A stretch of DNA of 64,000 nucleotides from an uncultured delta proteobacterium (GCA_963775425.1 CAVZJB010000004.1:288001-352000); one strand, 5' to 3'. Numbered from the stretch's first letter, positions 8,077 through 17,584 are shown. A program made the numbers and translations. Notes: generated from the letters alone by a model not told the origin.

Positions 8077-9398
8077 CCGGCGGCGCCCCCGCCGAGATCG
8101 ACGCCGCCGTCGACGCCGCCGTCGGCGCGCTCCTGCTCGACCACGACGTCACCGAGATCCTCGCGCTCGAGGGCGGCTTCCTCGAAGTGCTCCGGCGCGG
8201 CCGGCGCGAGCGCCTCGACGTCGTCCTCGAGGGGCCGCTGTTCGCGCTCTTGCGGGAGGCCGGCGCCGAGCACGCGCTGGTGCGCCTCAAGCTGCGCGGC
8301 GGACAGCAGCTCGTGAGCGGCCCTCTCGTCGACGGGCGCACCGCGCTGCGCATCGAGAAGGGCGCGCCCCTCGACGCCACGCTCGACGCGCTCGCCCAGG
8401 AGGGCATGCTGCCGGCCGGCGTCGGCGCGGAGCTCGTCGCGGCCGTCCTCGAGGGCGCGGGACTCCTCGTGCTCGGGCCTTCGCGCACGGCGCGCCAACG
8501 CTGTGTCGCCGCCGTCGTGCGCGCGCTCCAGGGCAGCGTCGCCTGGCTCGGCTGCACGGACGCGCTCGCGCCGCTCGTCCCGGTTCCCCTCGAGCGCGAC
8601 GCCGCCGTCGTCGACAAGGCGCGCGCCGCCGTCTCCCTCGGCGCCGACGCCGTCTGCGGCCTCGAGCTGCACGCCGCCGACGTCGCCGACGTCGCCCGCG
8701 CGTCGTTGGGGCTGCCGCTCGTGTGCTCGGTGCAGGCGTCGTCGATGGAGGCGCTGGCGGCCGCGCTCGGCATGCCCGTGGGCGCCGCCGCCGGCACCAG
8801 CGCCGTCATCGGGCTCGGCCCCGACGGCCGGCCGCGGCTCGTCGAGCTCCACGGGCCTGCGCGCGCCGCCGACCACGACGACGAGGCCCCGACGCCCGGC
8901 GCGGCGGCGACGGCTGCCCCCCCCCTCGGCGCCACGGTCGCACCCGCCGTCAGCGCCGTCGTGACCGCTGCGGGCCGCGGCATCCCCGGCGCGTTCTCGG
9001 GCGCCCCGGCGCCCGCCGAGGTCAGCGGCCTGCGCCAGCGCCCGCCCGGCGGCGACGTCGTCGATGAGCCGCTGCCGCCGCTCGGCGAGCTCCCCCACGG
9101 CTGGGCCAGCGACGCGCCCGACGACGACCCGGGCTGGGAGCTCGGCGACACCGGCGCCCCGCCGCCCGCGGGCTCGTTCGACGCCGCGCTGCAGTCGACC
9201 AAGAGCCGCCCCTCGTTCGCGCCGAGGCCGCCGCCGGCGCACCCGCAGGCGCGCGCCCTGCGCGCCGACGCCGCCGGGGAGCGCGCGGGGGCCGTCGCGG
9301 ATCCCTTCGGCGGGCTCACCTTCGAGCCGCCGCCGGGCGGCCCCGCCGACGGCGACGAGCTCGGCGAGGGCGACGAGCTCGACGAAGGTGACGAGTGA
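8073..9398 (+). CDS. Degenerate CpaF/TadA (VirB11-like) ATPase homologue with acidic, Pro-rich tail
   Basis: ATGA overlap with argD; LLLDHDVTEIL..EVLRRGRRE and TLDALAQEGML..AAVLEGAGLLVLG resemble CpaF; Walker A position reads GPSRTARQ. Confidence 0.6.
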   Translation: MTGGAPAEIDAAVDAAVGALLLDHDVTEILALEGGFLEVLRRGRRERLDVVLEGPLFALLREAGAEHALVRLKLRGGQQLVSGPLVDGRTALRIEKGAPLDATLDALAQEGMLPAGVGAELVAAVLEGAGLLVLGPSRTARQRCVAAVVRALQGSVAWLGCTDALAPLVPVPLERDAAVVDKARAAVSLGADAVCGLELHAADVADVARASLGLPLVCSVQASSMEALAAALGMPVGAAAGTSAVIGLGPDGRPRLVELHGPARAADHDDEAPTPGAAATAAPPLGATVAPAVSAVVTAAGRGIPGAFSGAPAPAEVSGLRQRPPGGDVVDEPLPPLGELPHGWASDAPDDDPGWELGDTGAPPPAGSFDAALQSTKSRPSFAPRPPPAHPQARALRADAAGERAGAVADPFGGLTFEPPPGGPADGDELGEGDELDEGDE

Positions 9399-10219
9399 GC
9401 TCGGTGTCCGAGGGGCCGCCCACCACGGTGACGGCGCCGCCGTCGTCGTCGACGGTGGCCACGGCGGACCAGCCCTACATCTCGTTTCGGGACGTGTCGA
9501 AGTCGTTCGGCCGCCAGGTCATCTACGACGGCCTCGATCTCGAGGTGAGGCGCGGCGAGACCCTGTGCGTCATCGGTGCGTCGGGCGTGGGCAAGAGCGT
9601 GATGCTCAAGATGCTCATCGGCCTCTTGCCCGTCGACGCCGGCGAGATCACGTTCGACGGGCAGTGCGTCAGCGACCTCGACGACGACGTCGCCTTCCTG
9701 CCGGTGCGCCGCCGCATCGCCATGGTGTTTCAGGGCGCGGCGCTCTTCGATTCGCTCACGGTCTACGAAAACGTCGCCTATCCGCTGCGCGAGCAGTTCA
9801 ACCTCGAGGAAGACGACATCGCGCGGCGCGTGGCCGAGAAGCTCGAGTGGGTGGGGCTGCCCGGCATCGAGCAGAAGAAGCCGGCCGAGCTCTCGGGCGG
9901 CATGAAGAAGCGCGTCGGCCTCGCGCGCAGCATCGCCACCGACCCCGAGGTCATCCTCTACGACGAGCCCACCACGGGCCTCGATCCGGTGAACACCAAG
10001 CGCATCGGCAACCTCATCCTGTCGTTGAGCGAGCGCTTGAAGTGCACGAGCCTCGTCGTCACGCACGACATGACCACCGTCTTTCAGGTGGCCGACCGCA
10101 TCGCCTTCATCTACGGCCGCCGCATCCGCGCCGTGGGCTCGCCCGATGAGATGCGCACCCATCGCGACCGGCGCGTGAGCGGCTTCATCGAAGGCGATCC
10201 CGACGCCTTCGACGAGTGA
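9395..10219 (+). CDS. mlaF: ABC ATP-binding protein, MlaF/Ttg2A-like
   Basis: GASGVGKS, VFQGAALFDSLTVYENVA, LSGGMKKRVGLAR, ILYDEPTTGLDP, VTHD. Confidence 0.8.
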   Translation: MSSVSEGPPTTVTAPPSSSTVATADQPYISFRDVSKSFGRQVIYDGLDLEVRRGETLCVIGASGVGKSVMLKMLIGLLPVDAGEITFDGQCVSDLDDDVAFLPVRRRIAMVFQGAALFDSLTVYENVAYPLREQFNLEEDDIARRVAEKLEWVGLPGIEQKKPAELSGGMKKRVGLARSIATDPEVILYDEPTTGLDPVNTKRIGNLILSLSERLKCTSLVVTHDMTTVFQVADRIAFIYGRRIRAVGSPDEMRTHRDRRVSGFIEGDPDAFDE

Positions 10220-11448
10220 CGAGCATCATGTTGCTCGCCGCCGCCGTCGTCACCGCGCTCACCGCACTCGCCCCCGCGCTCGAGCCCGTGGCGGACTTCG
10301 GCGACAACCCCGGCAACCTCTCGATGCTCGAGCACGTGCCCGCGGGCGCGTCGGGTCCCCTGCCCCTCGTGCTCGTGCTGCACGGCTGCAGTCAGGACGC
10401 CTCGTACGCCGACGCCGTCGGGCTCGTGACGCTCGCCGACGAGGTCGGCGCCGCGCTCGTCGTGGCCGAGCAGAAGAGCGCCAACAACCAGCAGCGCTGC
10501 TTCAACTGGTTCGAGGAGGGCGACATCACGCGCGACCAGGGCGAGGCCGCGTCGCTCGCGAGCATGGTGTCGTCGATGAAGGCGCGGCACGACATCGACG
10601 ACGCGCGCGTGTTCGTGACCGGGGTGTCGGCGGGGGGCGCGATGAGCGCGGTGATGCTCGCCGACTACCCCGACGTCTTCGCCGCCGGCGCGGTGCTCGC
10701 CGGCGTCCCCTACCGCTGCGGCACCGGGCTCACGGCGGCGTTCACCTGCATGTCGAGCCCGCCGTCGCGCACGGCGGACGCGTGGGCGCAGCTCGTGCGC
10801 GACGCGGCCCCGCCTGGGTCGAGCTCGTTCCCGCGCGTCGCGGTCTGGGCCGGCACCAACGACCACACCGTGAGCCCCACCGACGCCAACGACCTGGTCC
10901 TTCAGTGGACCGGCGTGCACGGGCTGGACGCGGCGGCGCCGTCGACGACGCGCGCGCTCGGCAGCGCCGTCGTCGAGGACTTCGGCGCGGACGGCGACGG
11001 GCCGCCGCTCGTCGAGAGCGTGCGCATCCCGGGCATGGACCACGGCACGCCGGTGGACCCCTCCGCGGGCTGCGGCACCGCCGGGGACTTCATCCTCGAC
11101 GTCGGCATTTGCTCGAGCCGCGCCATCTTCCATTTCTTCGGTCTCGTCGACGACGGCGCCCCCGGCGACGCGGGCATCGACGCGGACGCGGGCATCGACG
11201 CGGACGCGGGCATCGACGCGGACGCGGGCATCAACGCGGACGCGGGCATCAACGCGGACGCGGGGACCGGCGCGGACGCGGGCACCGGCGCGGGCACCGG
11301 CGACGCCGGCATCGGCGACGCGGACATCGGCGACGCCGGGCCCGGCGACGGCGTCGCCCGCGGCTGCGCCTCCAGCCCCGACGCGGCCCTGCCGATGGCG
11401 TTGCTGCTGCTCGCCGCGCACGTGCGCCGACGGTCGCGAACGCGCTGA
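10216..11448 (+). CDS. Secreted PHB depolymerase-family esterase with repeat linker and MYXO-CTERM-like tail
   Basis: FGDNPGNL, LHGC, CFNWF, lipase box GVSAG, GMDHG; C-terminal GCASSP-hydrophobic-RRRSR. Confidence 0.85.
   Translation: MTSIMLLAAAVVTALTALAPALEPVADFGDNPGNLSMLEHVPAGASGPLPLVLVLHGCSQDASYADAVGLVTLADEVGAALVVAEQKSANNQQRCFNWFEEGDITRDQGEAASLASMVSSMKARHDIDDARVFVTGVSAGGAMSAVMLADYPDVFAAGAVLAGVPYRCGTGLTAAFTCMSSPPSRTADAWAQLVRDAAPPGSSSFPRVAVWAGTNDHTVSPTDANDLVLQWTGVHGLDAAAPSTTRALGSAVVEDFGADGDGPPLVESVRIPGMDHGTPVDPSAGCGTAGDFILDVGICSSRAIFHFFGLVDDGAPGDAGIDADAGIDADAGIDADAGINADAGINADAGTGADAGTGAGTGDAGIGDADIGDAGPGDGVARGCASSPDAALPMALLLLAAHVRRRSRTR
11167..11349 (+). repeat. Coding 18-bp tandem repeat (DAGIDA/DAGINA/DAGTGA)
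   Basis: GACGCGGGCATCGACGCG units, about 7 copies, then degenerate. Confidence 0.9.
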
Positions 11449-11622
11449 TGGGAGGAGCCGCACCGTCGATGCGGCGCGTTCGCGCCCGGCGCGGAGGTGT
11501 CGACGCGTGCGACGACGACGACGCCGGCCGTCGCCCCGATGCGAGAAAGGCGCCGAAGGCGGCGTAGACCGTGATCCATCGATCCGAGCCACCCGGAAGG
11601 GGACGGTGCTACGGCCACACGG

Positions 11623-11711
11623 CGGAGCGGAAAGGAGCTCCGAGCTCGGCGACGAAGACGCGCGCCGAGTTGAGCGCCGGGGCGCCGAGCTCTCCGCTCC
11701 TTTCCGCTCCG
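11623..11711. repeat. Long intergenic inverted repeat (26-bp stem with a 3x3 internal loop)
   Basis: CGGAGCGGAAAGGAGC-tcc-GAGCTCGGCG (11623-11651) pairs with CGCCGAGCTC-tcc-GCTCCTTTCCGCTCCG (11683-11711). Confidence 0.85.
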
Positions 11712-11744
11712 GCGGTGGCGACGTTGTCTAGCCTTCGCTGATCC

Positions 11745-12075
11745 GAGCGCCCAAGCACTCGCAACTCACCGAGATTTGCGCGCCAAAAGTGCGGCTCGAG
11801 CTGACGACCCAGGCCGTGGAAGGTGACGACGGTCGCCCTGATGGCCTTCAACCTGCTGCAGAACCTCGCGAAGCTCACCGCCTGAAGTCCGCGCCGACGT
11901 CGCATCGAGGCACGTCGGCGCGCACACGACCCGCACGAACCCTGTACGACGTTCGCGGGCTGATGAGCGATCGTCAGCTCCGGCCCGACGTGCCTCGCCA
12001 CGTACTCCGCGCGGCGAGCCACCTTGTGGGCGGCTTCGCCGAGTGCTGCTACGAGCCTTGTTTTTCGTCAGCCTC
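11745..12075 (+). pseudogene. Possible decayed IS (IS1182/IS5-like) transposase 3' end and right end
   Basis: Frame-shifted pieces ERPST / DLRAK / RLEL / RPWKVTTVALMAFNLLQNLAKLTA* resemble a DDE transposase C-terminus; TTTTTCGTCAGCCTC at 12061-12075 looks like an IS terminal repeat. Confidence 0.35.
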
Positions 12076-12165
12076 TCATCAGTCATCCGGAGGATGAGGT
12101 GGGCGTCGCTCCCATAGCGCAGAGGGCCGACGTTCGACCGCGCGCCCGGCGCCGATACCTCCACC

Positions 12166-12666
12166 ATGCTCGACGCGTTCCGCTCAGACCCCGCCCACGC
12201 CGCCGGCCGCATCCTCGGCCGCGTCATCTTCAGCCTCGCCTACGGCGGCCGCGGCGCCGCCGCCCCCGCGGGCCGCGAGGAGGAGATCGTGGACGAGGTC
12301 GCCGGCGCCTTGAACGCGTGCCTCGAGCGCTTCTTCTCGCCTGCGGTGCTCTTCGATCCCTTGACCAGGCGCGCCGTCGTCGACGCGGACACCCAGCTCA
12401 CGCTCACGCCGGTGGACGTGAAGGCGCTCGACGGCGACCTCGACAGCATCCGGGCCCGCCTGCACCTGCTCGAGAAGCGGGGGCTCGACCACCTGCCCGA
12501 GTACGCCTACCTCAGCGCCAGGTGCGAGGAGCTCACGCAGAGGTGGCGCGAGAGCTGCCACGCCCAGGGAGAGCCGACGTCCATGCGGCCGGTCCCGACG
12601 CCGGAGGACGCGGAGCCCGACCCGACGCCGCCGGAGCTGTCGGCCTTGAGCTCGATGTACCGCTGA
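12166..12666 (+). CDS. Hypothetical protein (166 aa)
   Basis: Good GC3 codon bias; converges on the ampG-like gene with a 3-bp gap. Confidence 0.65.
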   Translation: MLDAFRSDPAHAAGRILGRVIFSLAYGGRGAAAPAGREEEIVDEVAGALNACLERFFSPAVLFDPLTRRAVVDADTQLTLTPVDVKALDGDLDSIRARLHLLEKRGLDHLPEYAYLSARCEELTQRWRESCHAQGEPTSMRPVPTPEDAEPDPTPPELSALSSMYR

Positions 12667-12669
12667 GCG

Positions 12670-14205
12670 TCACGCGCCGAATTGCGGCGGCGCCCCTGCC
12701 TCGTCGATGTGCGGGACCCACAGCGTGAGCACCATGCCGGGCACGGTGACCACGAAGGTGAGCCCGAAGTACAGCGCGTAGCCGAGCCAGTCGGCGAGGA
12801 AGCCCGAGAACACGCCTGCCACCGTGAAGCTGAGGCTCATGAGCGACGTCAGGAGCGCCATGTGCGCGGCCTTGTGCTCGGGGAGGCAGCAGCGGATGAG
12901 GTAGACGAGGAACACCGCGGTGCCGAGACCTGCGCCGAGGTTCTCGATGATGATGACGACGGTGGCGATGGTGAGGCGCACGTCGACGCCGGGCATCACC
13001 GGGGCCGTCGCCGCGCGGATCTCGGGCGACCACACGGCGGCCGCGCAAAACGCGAGGTGCAGCCCGTTCATGGCGAAGAGGAACGGCCAGATGCAGCGTT
13101 TGAGGCCGTAGCGCGCGATGAGCATGCCGCCCGCGAGCGGCGCCGCCAGGGCGGCGACGGTGCCGAGCGTGCCCTGCGCGACGCCGTACTCGGACTGCGA
13201 GAGACCGAGCTGGGTCTTCACGAACGCGTAGCGCATGGTCTGAAGGAAGCTCTCGCCGACGCGAAACAGGATGACATACGCGAGGATGCGCCCCGCGTGC
13301 GGCTGCGCGAGGAACGCCACGAAGGAGCGCGCGTAGTCCGACGACGACCCCTCGATGCGCTTCTTGATGCGCGGGAGCATCGCCAACAGGACGGCGAGCA
13401 CGACGATGAGCAAGAGGCCGATCCAGTCGGACGGACCGAGCCTCTGGAGCCTCGGCGCGATGACGGGCGCGGCCCGGCGGAACATCACGCCGAGGGCCCA
13501 CCACGCCGCGCCGTTCACCACGGTGCGGACGCCGGCCACGACCACGGCGAAGGCGCAGGCGCCGAGGAGGAAGCGCGGGTTCACCATGCGGCGCGCGAGC
13601 ACGAGGAGCGGCTGCTTCTCCGTCTCCGTGCGCGGCAAGAAGAAGAGGTGGAAGACGAAGAGGGCGATCATGATCGCCGCCATGATCACGAAGCCCGCCG
13701 CCCAGCCCGCCTTGTCGCAGATGATGGCCATAGGCCCGGTGACGACGAGCATGGCCACGCGCCACGCGGGCGCGCGCAGGCCGACGAGCTTCTCCTGGTT
13801 CTTCTTGTCGATGGCCTCGAGGTAGAGGCCGTCGATGGCGATGTCGTGGGTGGCGGAGAGCACCGCGACGAGGAGAAACATGGCGCTCGCGAGCGCGAGC
13901 ACGTCTTTCAGCGCCGCGACGAAAGAAAACGCCACCAGCGCCGCCGACAGCAACAGCTCGATGCCGACCAGCCAGCGGCGCTTGGTGCCGTACGCGTCGA
14001 GGAACGGGCCCACGAACGCCTTGAGGTTCCACGGCAGGTGGAAGAGCGACGTGAGCCCCACCGCCTCCAGCGACGCCTTCTGCGCCACGAAGTAGAGGTT
14101 CGCGAGGTTGACGACGATGGAGTAGGGGTAGCCCTCGGCGAAGTACGTCGTGATGGTCCACAGCCACGCGGGCGCGGTCGGGCGGCGTCTGGGCGGCGGA
14201 TCCAT
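12670..14205 (-). CDS. ampG: AmpG-like MFS permease (muropeptide transporter family)
   Basis: YFAEGYPYS, LPWNLKAFVGPFLD, SATHDIAIDGLY, HKAAHMALLTSL; many TM segments; start trimmed to ATG 14205. Confidence 0.75.
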   Translation of the reverse strand: MDPPPRRRPTAPAWLWTITTYFAEGYPYSIVVNLANLYFVAQKASLEAVGLTSLFHLPWNLKAFVGPFLDAYGTKRRWLVGIELLLSAALVAFSFVAALKDVLALASAMFLLVAVLSATHDIAIDGLYLEAIDKKNQEKLVGLRAPAWRVAMLVVTGPMAIICDKAGWAAGFVIMAAIMIALFVFHLFFLPRTETEKQPLLVLARRMVNPRFLLGACAFAVVVAGVRTVVNGAAWWALGVMFRRAAPVIAPRLQRLGPSDWIGLLLIVVLAVLLAMLPRIKKRIEGSSSDYARSFVAFLAQPHAGRILAYVILFRVGESFLQTMRYAFVKTQLGLSQSEYGVAQGTLGTVAALAAPLAGGMLIARYGLKRCIWPFLFAMNGLHLAFCAAAVWSPEIRAATAPVMPGVDVRLTIATVVIIIENLGAGLGTAVFLVYLIRCCLPEHKAAHMALLTSLMSLSFTVAGVFSGFLADWLGYALYFGLTFVVTVPGMVLTLWVPHIDEAGAPPQFGA

Positions 14206-14225
14206 GGGGTGCACCCTATCGCCTC

Positions 14226-14256
14226 TTGACAGGCGGAAATCGGCATCCGATAGGAA
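14226..14256 (+). promoter_or_regulatory. Possible sigma70 promoter for the XRE regulator
   Basis: Perfect TTGACA at 14226-14231 in an AT-richer divergent region; -10 candidate TAGGAA is weak and spacing is long. Confidence 0.25.
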
Positions 14257-14416
14257 ACAAGCCCGTTTCCACTTTCGCGATCGGGCTTTCCTTTGGGGTG
14301 CGGCCGTGGTGCAATCGCTCTTGACCGAAAGAAACGCCGGGGCGCTCGGGGGCCTGCTGTCCCCGGTCGAAAACGAGATCGAAGCGCTGGCGCTGTCCAG
14401 GGCCGCGGGAGACAGG

Positions 14417-15085
14417 ATGACGAAGGCCGCCAACGACAAGCGCAAGCCCGACGACGACGTCGCCGGCGCAGAGGGCGCGGAAGAACAGGTCAAGCTCGGC
14501 GACACCGTGAAGCGGCTGCGCGAGCAGGCGGGCTGGTCCATCCAGCGCCTCGCGCGTGAGGCAGCCGTTTCCTCGGCGACGATCTTCAAGATCGAGAAGG
14601 ACCGCATGGTCCCGTCGGTGACGGTGCTGTTGAAGCTGGCCAAGGCCCTCAAGCAGCCGATCGCGACGCTCCTCGAGAACCAGGCGCCCCGCGAGCGCGC
14701 CGGCTACGCGGTGTCGCGCAAGGACGATCGCCAGGAGTTCCGCTTCGCGGAGCTGCCGCTGGTCATCCAACGCACCGTCGGCGGCTGGGCCGATCGCCAG
14801 CTCGAGGCCGGCTTCTACATCGTCGACCAGGGAGGCACGCCCACGCGCGCGCCGCTGTCGCACCCCGGCGAGAAGCTCTACTTCATCCTCGACGGCCGCG
14901 TGCGCTTCGAGGTCGACGGCGAGCACGTGCTCCTCGAGCCCGGCGACGTCCTGCACCTCAAGGCCACCGTGCCGCACCGCTGGGAGAACGCCGCCGAGGG
15001 CCCCTCGCGCATGTTCTTCGTCGTGACGCCGGTGCCGTCGTTCGCGAAGCAGAAGGCGCCGGCGTTCGACGGCCCCACGGCCTGA
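14417..15085 (+). CDS. XRE-family HTH plus cupin transcriptional regulator
   Basis: LGDTVKRLREQAGWSIQRLAREAAVSSATIFKIEK..PSVTVLLKLAKAL; cupin SHPGEK..LEPGD..PHRWEN. Confidence 0.9.
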   Translation: MTKAANDKRKPDDDVAGAEGAEEQVKLGDTVKRLREQAGWSIQRLAREAAVSSATIFKIEKDRMVPSVTVLLKLAKALKQPIATLLENQAPRERAGYAVSRKDDRQEFRFAELPLVIQRTVGGWADRQLEAGFYIVDQGGTPTRAPLSHPGEKLYFILDGRVRFEVDGEHVLLEPGDVLHLKATVPHRWENAAEGPSRMFFVVTPVPSFAKQKAPAFDGPTA

Positions 15086-15194
15086 CCGGCGGGGCTCGAC
15101 CGCGCTCCCGGTGGCTGATCAAGCGCGGCGCGGCCGCCGCGAAGGAAACGCTCTTGTTTCTCATTGGCGCCCTCGCGGGCGTGAGAGGTGTTCG

Positions 15195-16316
15195 ATGCAT
15201 CTGAAGCTCGATGACGAGCGCGCGCTCCTGCGGGACACGGTGCGCGCCTTCGCCAAGGAGGAGGTCCGCCCGCACGCGCGCGGCTGGGAGGAGGCCGGCG
15301 CCGTCGCCGACGACGTCCTCGACGCCGCGTGGCAGCTCGGCTTCGCGCTCATGGGCGCCGGCCCCACGTACGGCGGCGCGGCCGACGACGACGACGCGGT
15401 GCCGTCCGCGCTCACGAACGCCATCGTGCTCGAGGAGCTCGCGCACGCGGACCTCGGCTTCGCGCTCGCCGCGACGTCGCCGCTGCACGCCGTGGTGCCG
15501 CTCCTCGCCTGCGGTCACGAGGGGCTCAAGCGCGAGCTGCTCCCCGGCCTGCTTTCATCGCAGACGCTGCCGAAGGCGACGGGCGCGTGGGTCGAGCCCG
15601 CGCGCAGCTACGACCTGCGCGCCCTCGCCACGCGCGCGGAGACCACCGTGCAGGGCCCCGTGCTCTCCGGCAAGAAGACCCTGGTGCCGCGGGCCGGCGA
15701 CAGCGAGGTCACAGTCGTCATGGCCCGCGCCCGCGGCGGCCACGACGCGGCTTCGTTCGAGCCCTATCTCCTCCTCGGCAAGAACGTGTCGGGCATGACG
15801 CGCGGCGCCCGTTGCGACGTCATCGGCCCCTGCGCCACGGCGCTCGTCGACGTCACCCTCGACGAAGCCGCCGCACGGACGCTGGCCGCCCGCCCCGGCG
15901 TCGCCCACGCGCGCCTCGAGGAGCGCGCGCTCGTCGGCTCCGCCGCCGCCGCCGTCGGCGTCGCCCGCGCCGCCTGCGAGTACGCCGTCGACTACGCCCG
16001 CGACCGCCGCGCCTTCGGCCGCGCCATCGCGCAGAACCAGTCCATCGCGTTCATGCTCGCGGAGGCGGCCATGGACGTCGAGGCCGCGCGCTGGCTCACG
16101 TGGAAGGCCGCGTGGCGCATCGATCGCACCGAAGGCGAAAGCGCGTTGGTCGAGGCCGGGCGCGCCTGGCGCTTCGCCGCGGACCTCGCGTTCAAGACGG
16201 CGGACAACTGCGTGCAGATCCTCGGCGGCCACGGCGTCATCCGCGATCACCTCGCGGAGCTGTTCTTCAGAAACTCCCGCACCCTCGCCCGGACCCCCGG
16301 CTGGTTCATGGTGTGA
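15195..16316 (+). CDS. Acyl-CoA dehydrogenase family protein (short, probably non-catalytic partner)
   Basis: LRDTVRAFAKEEVRP, YARDRRAFGRAIAQNQSIAFMLA, VQILGGHG; ends without the IYEG/IFEG motif. Confidence 0.85.
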   Translation: MHLKLDDERALLRDTVRAFAKEEVRPHARGWEEAGAVADDVLDAAWQLGFALMGAGPTYGGAADDDDAVPSALTNAIVLEELAHADLGFALAATSPLHAVVPLLACGHEGLKRELLPGLLSSQTLPKATGAWVEPARSYDLRALATRAETTVQGPVLSGKKTLVPRAGDSEVTVVMARARGGHDAASFEPYLLLGKNVSGMTRGARCDVIGPCATALVDVTLDEAAARTLAARPGVAHARLEERALVGSAAAAVGVARAACEYAVDYARDRRAFGRAIAQNQSIAFMLAEAAMDVEAARWLTWKAAWRIDRTEGESALVEAGRAWRFAADLAFKTADNCVQILGGHGVIRDHLAELFFRNSRTLARTPGWFMV

Positions 16317-16318
16317 AC

Positions 16319-17584
16319 ATGAGCGACCCACTCGACTTCGACCTCAGCGACGCGGAAGAGAACATCCGCGCTTTCCTTCACACCTTCGCTCGCGACGCGC
16401 TCCGGCCGGCGAGCATCATCGCCGACGCCAACGAGCACGAAAGGCCGATGGCCGCCATCGAGGCGCTGCACGTGCTGCAGTCGAGCGCGAGCGGCGGACG
16501 CGGCGGCGCGGGGCCCGCCCGCGGCGTCGACCGGGCGCCCGGGGTGGCGATGCAGTCCATCGTGCGTGCCGAGGAGCTGTCGTGGGGCGCCGCGAGCGTG
16601 TTGCTGTCGCGCCCGGGGCCGGGGCTCGGGGGTGCCGCCATCCAGGCGTCGGGGACGCCGGCGCAGAGGGAGCAGTGGCTCGAGCGCTACGACGACGGGA
16701 CCATCCGCTTCGGCGCCATGGCGCTCACCGAGGCCAACGCCGGCAGCGACGTGAGCGGCATCGAGACCACCGCGGTGCTCGAGCGCGGTGACGACGGCGT
16801 CGAGCGCTGGGTGCTGAACGGCACCAAGATCTTCTGCACCAACGGCGCCTGCGCCGACGTCGTCGTCGTCTGGGCCACCGTCGACAAGAAGAAGGGCAAG
16901 GACGGCATCCGCGCGTTCATCGTCGAAAAGGGCACCCCCGGCTTCAAGATCGGCCGCCTGGAGAAGAAGATGGGCATCCGCGCGTCGGAGACGGCGGAGC
17001 TGGTCTTCGAGGACTGCCGCATCCCCAGGGAGAACCTGCTCGGCGACGCGCCCTCCGAGGGTGCGAGCACGCCGGCGGCCGGCAAGAAGGCCGGGTTCAA
17101 GGGCGCCATGGCCACCTTCGACATGACGAGGCCGAGCGTCGCGGCGATGGCCATCGGCATCGCGCGCGCCGCGCTCGATTACACCGTCGCCGTCCTCGAC
17201 GAGGAGAGCGCGTCCGGCGCGTTCGAGCCGGGCTGGGGGCGGGCGCGCGCGCACCTGTCGGCGCTGCAGGACGAGGTCCAGGAGATGGACACCCAGATCG
17301 AGGCCGCCCGGCTGCTCACGCGGCGCGCGGCGTTCCTCCTCGACCAGAAGCTGCCGAACGCGCTCGAGGCATCGATGGCCAAGGCCAAGGCGGGCCGCGT
17401 CGTCGTCGACGTCTGCGCGCGGTGCGTCGAGATCCTCGGCCCGGCGGCGCTCACCCGCGCGCACCCGCTCGAGATGTGGCTGCGCGACAGCAAGGTCTTC
17501 GACATCTTCGAGGGGACAGGCCAGGTGCAGCGCCTGGTGATCGCGCGCAAGATCCTCGGCTACACGTCGAAAGAGCTCTCGTAG
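16319..17584 (+). CDS. Acyl-CoA dehydrogenase
   Basis: AMALTEANAGSD, WVLNGTKIFCTNG, KMGIRASETAELVFEDC, RDSKVFDIFEGTGQVQRLVIAR. Confidence 0.92.
   Translation: MSDPLDFDLSDAEENIRAFLHTFARDALRPASIIADANEHERPMAAIEALHVLQSSASGGRGGAGPARGVDRAPGVAMQSIVRAEELSWGAASVLLSRPGPGLGGAAIQASGTPAQREQWLERYDDGTIRFGAMALTEANAGSDVSGIETTAVLERGDDGVERWVLNGTKIFCTNGACADVVVVWATVDKKKGKDGIRAFIVEKGTPGFKIGRLEKKMGIRASETAELVFEDCRIPRENLLGDAPSEGASTPAAGKKAGFKGAMATFDMTRPSVAAMAIGIARAALDYTVAVLDEESASGAFEPGWGRARAHLSALQDEVQEMDTQIEAARLLTRRAAFLLDQKLPNALEASMAKAKAGRVVVDVCARCVEILGPAALTRAHPLEMWLRDSKVFDIFEGTGQVQRLVIARKILGYTSKELS

Noticed and set aside
11789-12097. 102-aa ORF on the plus strand
   Set aside because: No motif and atypical codon usage; overlaps the suspected IS remnant
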